From: Candidatus Alloruminococcus vanvlietii
GTDB taxonomy: Bacteria; Bacillota; Clostridia; Oscillospirales; Ruminococcaceae
DNA length: 64,000 nt
Reading direction: 5' to 3'
Assembly: GCA_904420505.1 (NCBI GenBank)
Contig: CAJFVS010000025.1
Location: 21,004-85,003, forward strand
Shown here: piece by piece, positions 56,998 to 64,000 of the stretch
Numbering within the stretch: the first letter of the stretch is position 1
How the letters are laid out: the number at the start of each line of letters is the position of its first letter
Program-made: the position numbers and the translations under genes
The notes under the pieces: generated by a model
What the model was told of the DNA's origin: nothing
The model's database searches: none
What the model saw: the letters and a program-made list of their open reading frames with translations, nothing else

Positions 56998-57927
56998 ATG
57001 CCGTATTCTGTCTGTATCGATATTGGCGGCAGCAAAATTGCATTTGCCGCCGTTGTCGGGCAAACCATCCTGGCGCGCACCGCCCTGCCCACCCCGCAAA
57101 AGGATGCTTTTGCTTTTTTGCAGAGCCTGCATACAGGCGTGCAAACCCTTTTGGCAAACAGCGCTTTGCCGGGCGAAAAACCCTGTAAAATCGGCATTGG
57201 CTTTCCCGGTTTTTGCGCGCAGGGCGTGGTGGTACACGCCAGCAACCTGCACCATCTGCAGGGGGTGGATTTGGCCACCCCGCTGCAACAGGCATTCGGC
57301 TGCCCCGTGCACCTGGAAAACGACGCCAACTGCGCCGCTTTGGGCGAATACCACTGCGGGGCTTTGCAAAACGCGCGCGTAGGGCTTATGCTCACCTTGG
57401 GCACCGGCGTCGGCGGCGGGGTGGTAGCAGAAGGCCGGTTGCTTTCGGGCGCGCAGGGCTGCGCGGGGGAAATTGGCCATACCACCCTGGTGGCCGGTGG
57501 CCTTCCCTGTGGCTGCGGGCGCAAAGGCTGTTTGGAGCAGTATTCTTCCACCACCGCGCTTTTGCGCATGGCACGCGCACAGGCCCAAAAACACCCCAAC
57601 AGCCTGCTGCACACCGTTTGCGGCACGCTAGGGGCGTTAAACGGCAAAGGCTTTTTTAACGCCCTGCACGCCGGCGATACGGCGGCCGGCGAAGCATTTG
57701 CCCAGTTTTTGTATTACTTAGGCGAAGGGCTTGTAAGCCTGTGCAATGCCTTTAACCCCGATATGGTTGCCATTGGCGGGGGCATTAGCGCCGAGCACGC
57801 CCTTATATGCCCGCCTTTGCAGGCGCATGTGCGGCAGTATGCTTTTCCGCCCGGGCATAACCGCACCCGTGTGGTGCCCGCCCAATTGTTAAACGACGCG
57901 GGGCTTTTGGGTGCAAGCTTTTTATAA
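56998..57927 (+). CDS. ROK-family sugar kinase (glucokinase-like)
   Basis: 309 aa. N-terminal ATP motif CIDIGGSKIAFA and ROK zinc motif GHTTLVAGGLPCGCGRKGCLE. Confidence 0.85.
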   Translation: MPYSVCIDIGGSKIAFAAVVGQTILARTALPTPQKDAFAFLQSLHTGVQTLLANSALPGEKPCKIGIGFPGFCAQGVVVHASNLHHLQGVDLATPLQQAFGCPVHLENDANCAALGEYHCGALQNARVGLMLTLGTGVGGGVVAEGRLLSGAQGCAGEIGHTTLVAGGLPCGCGRKGCLEQYSSTTALLRMARAQAQKHPNSLLHTVCGTLGALNGKGFFNALHAGDTAAGEAFAQFLYYLGEGLVSLCNAFNPDMVAIGGGISAEHALICPPLQAHVRQYAFPPGHNRTRVVPAQLLNDAGLLGASFL

Positions 57928-57951
57928 AATGTTAAAGGAGCTTTTTAAAAC

Positions 57952-58944
57952 ATGAAAATTGCCGTTTTAACCGCCCAAAAGCGGGTGGAAAAATACTACG
58001 ACCTTTCCACCCTGCCAAAGGATTTCTCCCTGGTTTATCTGCCGCTTGGCGCCACCAACGAACAGGTGCTGCAAAAAGCCCGCGATGCAGAGGTGATTTT
58101 TGCCGACGCCATCGCCCCGGTGGATGCACAGTTGATTGCGAATATGCCCCATTTAAAGCTTATCCACTCCGAAGGGGTGGCTTACAACGCCATTGACCTG
58201 AAAGCGGCCGATGCGCGCGGCATTTATGTGTGCAACAATGCTGGGGCCAACGCCTGTTCGGTGGCCGAACACACCCTGTTGCTAATGTTAAGCGTTCTGC
58301 GCCGCCTGTGCGAAGGCGACCAAATGGTGCGCTGCGGCCGGCAGATAGAAGCCAAGCAGGGCTTTATTCTCCAGGGCATCCACGAGCTTTCCTCCTGCAA
58401 AGTAGGGCTTATCGGTTTTGGGGCCATTGCCAAAGAAACCGCCCGGCTTTTGCATGCGTTTGGGGCGCAGGTGTTTTATTTTTCGCGCACCAGGGCGCAA
58501 AGCCAAACCGAGCAGGCTTTTGGGGTGCAATACCTGCCGCTGGAACATCTGCTGAAAACCTGCAACATCATAAGCCTGCATTTGCCGGTAACCGCGCAAA
58601 CCACCCACATGGCAAACGCTGCGTTTTTTGCCGCCATGCAAAAGGGGAGTATCCTCATCAACACCGCGCGCGGCGAAATTGTAGACCAGCAGGCGCTGTG
58701 TCAGGCTTTGGAAAGCGGCCATTTGGCGGGTGCGGGGCTGGACACGCTCTCCCCCGAGCCGGTAACGCAGGACAACCCTTTGTTAAACCTTTCGCCGCAG
58801 GCAAGTTTGCGCGTTACCTTTTCGCCGCATATCGGCGGCACTACCGACGACGCTTTCCGGCGCATGCACGCCATGGTATGGCAAAATATCCTGCGCTTGC
58901 AAAATGGGCAAACGCCCCAAAATGTGGTCAACCACCCCAGGTAA
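57952..58944 (+). CDS. D-isomer-specific 2-hydroxyacid dehydrogenase
   Basis: 330 aa. GLIGFGAIAKETA Rossmann motif and a catalytic R/E/H layout. Confidence 0.85.
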   Translation: MKIAVLTAQKRVEKYYDLSTLPKDFSLVYLPLGATNEQVLQKARDAEVIFADAIAPVDAQLIANMPHLKLIHSEGVAYNAIDLKAADARGIYVCNNAGANACSVAEHTLLLMLSVLRRLCEGDQMVRCGRQIEAKQGFILQGIHELSSCKVGLIGFGAIAKETARLLHAFGAQVFYFSRTRAQSQTEQAFGVQYLPLEHLLKTCNIISLHLPVTAQTTHMANAAFFAAMQKGSILINTARGEIVDQQALCQALESGHLAGAGLDTLSPEPVTQDNPLLNLSPQASLRVTFSPHIGGTTDDAFRRMHAMVWQNILRLQNGQTPQNVVNHPR

Positions 58945-59170
58945 AAACGCTTTCGGGCAAAGGCTTGCCGCTGTGCGCCCCAGGAAAGGAAGATCGGCAT
59001 GCCGGATGTTGTCCTCAATATATTGGGGGATATTGCAAATTTTTGCAAACTGGTATATTGAGAAAACCACCGCGCGAAAGAAAAAACGCCAGCCGATGGA
59101 TGCAAACGCCTTTTTACCGCTTAACTGTACAGCCGCTTTTGGGCGCATTTGGAAAACCAAGCCAGCATCC

Positions 59171-59220
59171 AAAAAATAAAGAGCCGGCAGCTCCTTGCCG
59201 GCTCTTTTGTATTTGTTTTT
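59171..59220. terminator. bidirectional intrinsic terminator
   Basis: AGAGCCGGCA-gctcct-TGCCGGCTCT, flanked by an A-run and T-runs. It lies 8 nt from the DUF368 stop and about 235 nt from the dehydrogenase stop. Confidence 0.75.
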
Positions 59221-59227
59221 TTCCGTT

Positions 59228-60043
59228 TTACTCTTTGCGGATAATTTCCAGCGAAAACCAAAAGGCAATGGCGGCGGCAATTACCATGGACACCACCGAC
59301 CATACCCCGGTCATATCCAGCGAAAACCCGGGGTATAACCCTACCAGAGAGCCCACCACCAGGCCGGAAATGCCCGCATAGGTCTGCACTTCGCAGGTTC
59401 TAAACAGTTTATCCATAATTTTGGCGCACACAAATATGCCCACAATGCAGCCCAGCCCCACCGGGATTAAGGTGAGGATGTCCAGGGAGGCCACAGCGGA
59501 AATCACCGTTTGGTAGCAGCCCAGCAGCAACAGGATAAACGACCCGCTAATACCCGGCACCACCATCGCCGCAGCCGCCACAACGGAACACAAAAACAGC
59601 CGTACAAAGCCGCCGATTTCGCGCGCGTTGATAACTGCGGAGGAATCGGCCACATGCGCAAAGGAAAGCACAAGCATAACCGCAAGCCCCGCTAAAAACG
59701 CAATCACCGAAGAAACCCGCAGTTTTCCCCGCACCGATTTTTTATACAGCATCGGCAAGCTGCCCAAAATAAGCCCGATAAAAAAGTAGGTGGTAATCAT
59801 CTCATAATTGGCAAGGGCAAATTCGATCAATTTGCTAAACAGCAAAATGCCCGCCACTGCGCCAATGCCGATGAACACCAAAAATTTCATGCTGTTTAAA
59901 AATTCACGCCGCAGCCGCGAAATGGACCCTACCAAACGGTCGTACACGCCCAGCAGCACGGCCATGGTGCCGCCGCTGACGCCCGGAATCACATTGGCCA
60001 CGCCGATAATCACGCCATATAAAACCCATTTTAGTTGTTCCAT
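59228..60043 (-). CDS. DUF368-family membrane protein (candidate undecaprenyl-phosphate translocase, PopT-like)
   Basis: 271 aa. ...GVANVIPGVSGGTMAVLLGVYDRL... and the repeated PGISGS motif are DUF368 signatures. The ATG lies 3 nt after the galE stop. Confidence 0.8.
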   Translation of the reverse strand: MEQLKWVLYGVIIGVANVIPGVSGGTMAVLLGVYDRLVGSISRLRREFLNSMKFLVFIGIGAVAGILLFSKLIEFALANYEMITTYFFIGLILGSLPMLYKKSVRGKLRVSSVIAFLAGLAVMLVLSFAHVADSSAVINAREIGGFVRLFLCSVVAAAAMVVPGISGSFILLLLGCYQTVISAVASLDILTLIPVGLGCIVGIFVCAKIMDKLFRTCEVQTYAGISGLVVGSLVGLYPGFSLDMTGVWSVVSMVIAAAIAFWFSLEIIRKE

Positions 60044-60046
60044 AGC

Positions 60047-61063
60047 TCAGTCCTCTGTATATCCCTGTGGATTTTTTTGCTGCCAGTTCCATACGTCCTG
60101 GCACATTTCCAAAAGCCCGCGCTGGGCTTTCCAGCCAAGTTCCTGTTCGGCCTTTTGGGTATCGGCATAGCAGATGGCAATGTCGCCCGCACGGCGCGGC
60201 GCAATTTTATACGGCACCTTTTGCCCGCTGGCCTGTTCAAAGGTTTTCACCATTTCCAGCACGCTAAAACCGCGCCCGGTGCCCAGGTTCCAGATGTGCA
60301 GCCCGGGGTCTTTTTGGATTTTTTCCAGCGCCTTGATATGCCCCACCGCCAAATCCACCACATGAATATAGTCGCGCACGCCGGTGCCGTCGGGCGTAGG
60401 GTAATCGTTGCCAAAAACGCTCAGTTCGGGCAGCTGGCCCAACGCCACCTTGGCGATATACGGCACCAGGTTGTTGGGGATGCCGTTGGGGTTTTCGCCA
60501 ATGAGCCCGCTTTTGTGCGCGCCAACCGGGTTAAAATAACGCAAAAGGGCGATGTTCCAGCTGTTATCGGCCTTAAAAATATCTTTTAACATGTTTTCAA
60601 TCATCAATTTGGTGGCCCCGTAAGGGTTGGTGGTGGAAAGGGGGAAATCTTCCTTGATGGGCACGGTATGCGGGTCGCCGTATACGGTGGCCGACGAGCT
60701 GAACACGATGGTTTTTACATTGTGCTCCTGCATCACTTCGCACAGGCGCAGCGTGCCGATTAAGTTGTTGCTGTAATACAAAAGCGGTTTCTGGCAGGAT
60801 TCCCCTACCGCTTTGAGCCCCGCAAAATGGATGATCGATTCAATTTTTTCCTGCGCAAAAATGCTTTGCAGCGCCGCTTTGTCGCAGATATCTTCTTTAT
60901 AAAACGTAACGCTTTTGCCGGTAATTTCTTCAATGCGCTTAACCGCTTGGCGCTTGCTGTTGCACAAATTGTCTACAATCACCACATCCATCCCTGCGTT
61001 TAGCAATTCCACGCAGGTATGGCTGCCAATGTAGCCCGCGCCGCCTGTTACCAATACCGCCAT
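60047..61063 (-). CDS. galE: UDP-glucose 4-epimerase
   Basis: ORF 60047..61072. ATG 61063 lies 10 nt after [19 protein letters not shown] and the Y-x-x-x-K motif (YGATK). Confidence 0.93.
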   Translation of the reverse strand: MAVLVTGGAGYIGSHTCVELLNAGMDVVIVDNLCNSKRQAVKRIEEITGKSVTFYKEDICDKAALQSIFAQEKIESIIHFAGLKAVGESCQKPLLYYSNNLIGTLRLCEVMQEHNVKTIVFSSSATVYGDPHTVPIKEDFPLSTTNPYGATKLMIENMLKDIFKADNSWNIALLRYFNPVGAHKSGLIGENPNGIPNNLVPYIAKVALGQLPELSVFGNDYPTPDGTGVRDYIHVVDLAVGHIKALEKIQKDPGLHIWNLGTGRGFSVLEMVKTFEQASGQKVPYKIAPRRAGDIAICYADTQKAEQELGWKAQRGLLEMCQDVWNWQQKNPQGYTED

Positions 61064-61433
61064 GTCCTTCACATCCTTTGTTGTAGTTTGCCGGCCCTTG
61101 CTTATGCCGGCGCTTTTGGGGTTGAAAGAAAGGGGTTCTTTTTAAAACACACCCACTTTATGGATATTATATCCTATCCCAAAGCCCTTATCAATAAAAG
61201 GTTTGCGCTTTGCAAATTATTGGAAAAAACCACAAATACGGCCCAATCCCTGCCCTTTTGCATTCCAAACTGTATTTGCATGGGTTTGGGGGGCGTTTTT
61301 TTCAACTTGCAATGGCCGCCAAGTGCAAAATCCTGCGGAGTTTGTAAAAACAGCCAAATTTTGGGAATTTTTTTGGGCAAGTTCATCGTACGCGTTTTAC
61401 AGAAAAAACACTGGTATGTTTTATTTAAAAGCC

Positions 61434-61462
61434 TTGACACGGCTTTCGGGATTGATTATTAT
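61434..61462 (+). promoter_or_regulatory. sigma-70-type promoter of the GntR gene
   Basis: TTGACA (61434..61439), 17 nt, TATTAT (61457..61462). Confidence 0.5.
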
Positions 61463-61525
61463 TATATAATAACATTATACCAAAGAACGGTTTTTCGACC
61501 TATTTTTACAGAAAGGCGGTAAACG

Positions 61526-62269
61526 ATGAATTTTTCCAATCAAATCATTGATAAGTCTACACCCATTCCCATGTACTTTCAATTGAAGCAGATTATTTTG
61601 GACCGTATTACCGCTGGTGAGCTGAAACCCGGGGATATGATTCCCACCGAGTTGGAATTTATCGAGCTGTTTGACGTCAGCCGCACAACGGTCCGCCAGG
61701 CCATTATCGAGCTGGTAAAGGAAGGTTATCTTTACCGCACCAAAGGCAAGGGCACCTTTGTGGCAAAACCCAAAATCAAGCAGGACTTTATGCAAAAGCT
61801 GGAAGGCTTTGCCGCCCAGATGCGCAGGCTGAACCTCACCCCGCGCACCGAAGTGCTCAGCATGGAAGTGATTCCGGCGCCTGAATGGGTTGCCATTGGG
61901 CTGAATATCTATGAGGGCGACCAGGTGATTAAAATGACCCGCCTGCGCTATGCCGATGAAGAGCCGGTGGTCATTGTCGATACCTATCTGACCGAAAACT
62001 GCAAATTCATCACCGAATCGGATTTGGAAAAATTCAGCCTGTACTCCCTGCTTTCGCGCACGCCTGAAACCCGTGTGGTGATGGTAGAGCGCCAGGTAGA
62101 GGCTGTGCTGCCCACCGAGGAGGATATTAAAATTTTGCGCATGCCCGCGGGCGAAGCGATCCAGCTGGTAACCACCACCGGTTACAACGAAGAAGGCACT
62201 CCGGTGGAGTATTCCATCTCCCATTACCGGGGCGATAAAAACCAGTTTATTGTAAAACTAAGGGTATAA
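61526..62269 (+). CDS. GntR-family (HutC subfamily, UTRA domain) transcriptional regulator
   Basis: 247 aa. N-terminal wHTH (...PIPMYFQLKQIILDRITAGELKPGDMIPTELEFIELFDVSRTTVRQAI...) and a UTRA-like C-terminus. Confidence 0.9.
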   Translation: MNFSNQIIDKSTPIPMYFQLKQIILDRITAGELKPGDMIPTELEFIELFDVSRTTVRQAIIELVKEGYLYRTKGKGTFVAKPKIKQDFMQKLEGFAAQMRRLNLTPRTEVLSMEVIPAPEWVAIGLNIYEGDQVIKMTRLRYADEEPVVIVDTYLTENCKFITESDLEKFSLYSLLSRTPETRVVMVERQVEAVLPTEEDIKILRMPAGEAIQLVTTTGYNEEGTPVEYSISHYRGDKNQFIVKLRV

Positions 62270-62283
62270 CTTTAAAATATGAA

Positions 62284-62360
62284 ACAACAAGGGCCGTTTT
62301 AAACAAACGGCCCTTGTTGTTTTGCCATAAAAAGCCCCTGTGCAAACACAGGGGCTTTTG
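62284..62360. terminator. two back-to-back intrinsic terminators
   Basis: AACAAGGGCCGTTT-taaac-AAACGGCCCTTGTT plus a T-run (for the GntR gene). AAAGCCCCTGTG-caaa-CACAGGGGCTTT follows (for the convergent isomerase gene). Confidence 0.8.
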
Positions 62361-62365
62361 TGAAT

Positions 62366-63172
62366 TTATAAGTTTTTTGCAGATTGATACGGGGCAAACA
62401 CCTTTACAAAGCGCGCGATATCTTCGGCTGGGGACTGCGAGAACGCTTCTACGCTCATACAAAGGGTATCCAAACGCTCGCCGAACACATCCAAAAACGC
62501 ACGGTATTCCTCCAACCGTTCGGCGGGGTATGTGCGCTGGGGCGGCATGCCAAAATGCAGGTGGTATACCTGGTCTTTTGCGCTGCGCAGGGTGGCAAGC
62601 GTTTCGTTTTGCATGCGGAAATGGTAATAATCCACCACCAGCTTGATGTTGTCCGACCCTGCCGCCTGCATGAGATGAAGCGCCTGGCCGATGGTTTGCA
62701 TAATGTTGCATTCGGTGTGGTTAAGCGGTTCCAACAGCAGCAGCATGCCGTTTTGGCGGGCATATTGCTCCATCATCTGCACTGCCTGCAGCAATTGTTT
62801 TTGCGCCTGCTGGTGCGAAAACCCTTCTGGCACATTGCGCGCGCCGGGGCTTCCCAAGCCCACCATCTGCACGCCCAGGCGTTTCATGCGGGCAAACGCT
62901 GCGGACAAATACACATCCAACTGCTGTGGGTTTGCCTGCGGCCCGGTGATTTTTAAACCCGCCGGTAAAAAATTGTTGCAGCGGATGCAGCAAACCCCAT
63001 TTTGCTGCAAAGTATTTTGCAAAAAGGCAAACCCTTGGTCGTCCAGCCGCATCAAATCGGCAACGGACAGCTCTATATAATCGTAACCGCACAAAGGCAG
63101 CAAGGGGATATACTGTGCCCCCAGGCTGTCGGGCGGGGTGCCGATCATGTTTGTACAGCAACCCAGTTTCAT
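62366..63172 (-). CDS. sugar phosphate isomerase/epimerase (xylose-isomerase-like TIM barrel)
   Basis: 268 aa with an AGGGAGGAAG SD. MKLGCCTNMIG...GYDYIELSVADL... is typical of this family. Confidence 0.8.
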   Translation of the reverse strand: MKLGCCTNMIGTPPDSLGAQYIPLLPLCGYDYIELSVADLMRLDDQGFAFLQNTLQQNGVCCIRCNNFLPAGLKITGPQANPQQLDVYLSAAFARMKRLGVQMVGLGSPGARNVPEGFSHQQAQKQLLQAVQMMEQYARQNGMLLLLEPLNHTECNIMQTIGQALHLMQAAGSDNIKLVVDYYHFRMQNETLATLRSAKDQVYHLHFGMPPQRTYPAERLEEYRAFLDVFGERLDTLCMSVEAFSQSPAEDIARFVKVFAPYQSAKNL

Positions 63173-63351
63173 AAAGCTTCCTCCCTTTGGGTAGACATTC
63201 TTTGTTTATCATACCGTTTGCACAAATGCCTGTAAAGGGTTTGGGAAAGCATTTTTGTTCCTATTTGAAACGATGTTAAAAATTTATCATTCTTTATAAA
63301 AAAATTGCCAAAACCGCATCCAAAAACGTTGCAAAATACAACATCCCAAGC

Positions 63352-63744
63352 TTAGGTTTTGGTAATAAACTGGGTTTTGCATTTTTGGCAGGTCACACGG
63401 ATTTTCCCCCTGCCGCGGGGTGCGCGCAGCTGCAGCTTGCATTGCGGGCAGCGGAAATATTTGTAGATTTTGCGCTGGGCAAAACGCGTTTTGCGTGTGA
63501 TGAAAAAATTTTTCACCTTATACACCGCCGCCATTAGCTTGGCGTTTTCTCTTTGGCGCTTGTAAATGTTTTTGGAAAACATCCTCCAAATGCAAATAAC
63601 CATCGGCACATAGGCCAGCAGCATAAGCCACCACCAACGGCCAATCTGTCCGATAAGCGAAAGCACCAGCCCCACTACCAGCAGCACAACGCCCAGCATA
63701 TCCGCGCCATAGCGGCCATACATCATTCGCCTCAACCACTGCAT
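63352..63744 (-). CDS. small membrane protein with C-terminal zinc ribbon
   Basis: ORF 63352..63942. ATG 63744 lies 9 nt after GGAGA. Two TM helices, then CPQCKLQLRAPRGRGKIRVTCQKCK. Confidence 0.55.
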   Translation of the reverse strand: MQWLRRMMYGRYGADMLGVVLLVVGLVLSLIGQIGRWWWLMLLAYVPMVICIWRMFSKNIYKRQRENAKLMAAVYKVKNFFITRKTRFAQRKIYKYFRCPQCKLQLRAPRGRGKIRVTCQKCKTQFITKT

Positions 63745-64000
63745 ATTCTTCATTCTCCTTTTTGCTTCATAAACAGTATCATATCGTATGGATTGTGATA
63801 CTGTATAACCAGAGTTTGAATATTTTGTGAATATATGCCATTGCCATAGCGCCCGATATCTTTGCAGGCCTTTCTTTTGGCGCCTTGCCGCCTTGCGTTG
63901 GTTTCCATGCAAAACGTGTGAAAACAAACGCCCAAAATCCAATAAAAAAGGCGCCCCTTAGGGCGCCACCGCGGCCAGCCTTCCAAACTGCATCATCCAG

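Noticed and set aside
58999-59061. 20-codon sORF (MPDVVLNILGDIANFCKLVY) with a GGAAAGGAAG SD-like sequence in the 3' tail of the dehydrogenase gene
   Set aside because: It is too short to evaluate from sequence alone and has no recognisable peptide class or neighbouring processing genes. It is kept only as one possible explanation for the long 3' tail.
61411-61484. Possible GntR/HutC half-sites CTGGTAT (61411..61417) and ATACCAA (61477..61483) flanking the regulator's promoter
   Set aside because: It is only a 6/7 inverted match, separated by about 60 bp. This is far from the compact dyads typical of HutC-family operators and is easily a chance occurrence.
1-64000. Search by eye for CRISPR repeats, tRNA/rRNA genes, IS elements, integrases, prophage or defence-island genes
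   Set aside because: I found no regularly spaced direct repeats, tRNA-like cloverleaf regions, rRNA signatures or transposase/integrase-like ORFs. The window looks like core chromosome.

Overview
The window reads as an ordinary chromosomal segment of a Gram-positive anaerobe, probably Clostridia-like. Supporting signs are GGAGG-type Shine-Dalgarno sites, many Cys-lipobox lipoproteins, a T-box leader, a SAM-I riboswitch and frequent GTG/TTG starts. All family assignments come from my own motif and sequence recognition, not from database searches. About 60 credible CDSs are present, mostly core metabolism and translation. They include metY-metA behind a SAM-I riboswitch, an IlvD/Edd dehydratase, thrS behind a Thr T-box, ilvBN, typA, rlmA, glnS, galE and a ROK kinase. 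There are also dehydrogenases, transporters and many lipoproteins of unknown function. I saw no rRNA, tRNA, CRISPR array, transposase, integrase or phage genes. Five things deserve a second look. (1) A BlaI/BlaR1-type repressor/protease pair whose M56 protease carries a ~930-aa extracellular region that does not look like a penicillin sensor; it has paired TTACA-N2-TGTAA operators and no resistance gene. (2) Two tandem, divergent ~380-aa pyrroline-5-carboxylate-reductase-like paralogues in an operon with a small membrane protein and a PNPOx-like flavoprotein. (3) A MacAB-type efflux operon in apparent decay: the adaptor needs at least 3 frame changes (one at an A8 run), the permease has an in-frame TAG, and the ATPase is intact. 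(4) A CsbB/GtrB-type GT2 gene sharing an operon with two different GT-C-like membrane proteins (one YfhO), plus a separate galE-DUF368 couple. (5) Five genes whose intrinsic terminators lie 170-235 nt beyond the stop codon, leaving GC-normal spacers I cannot explain.
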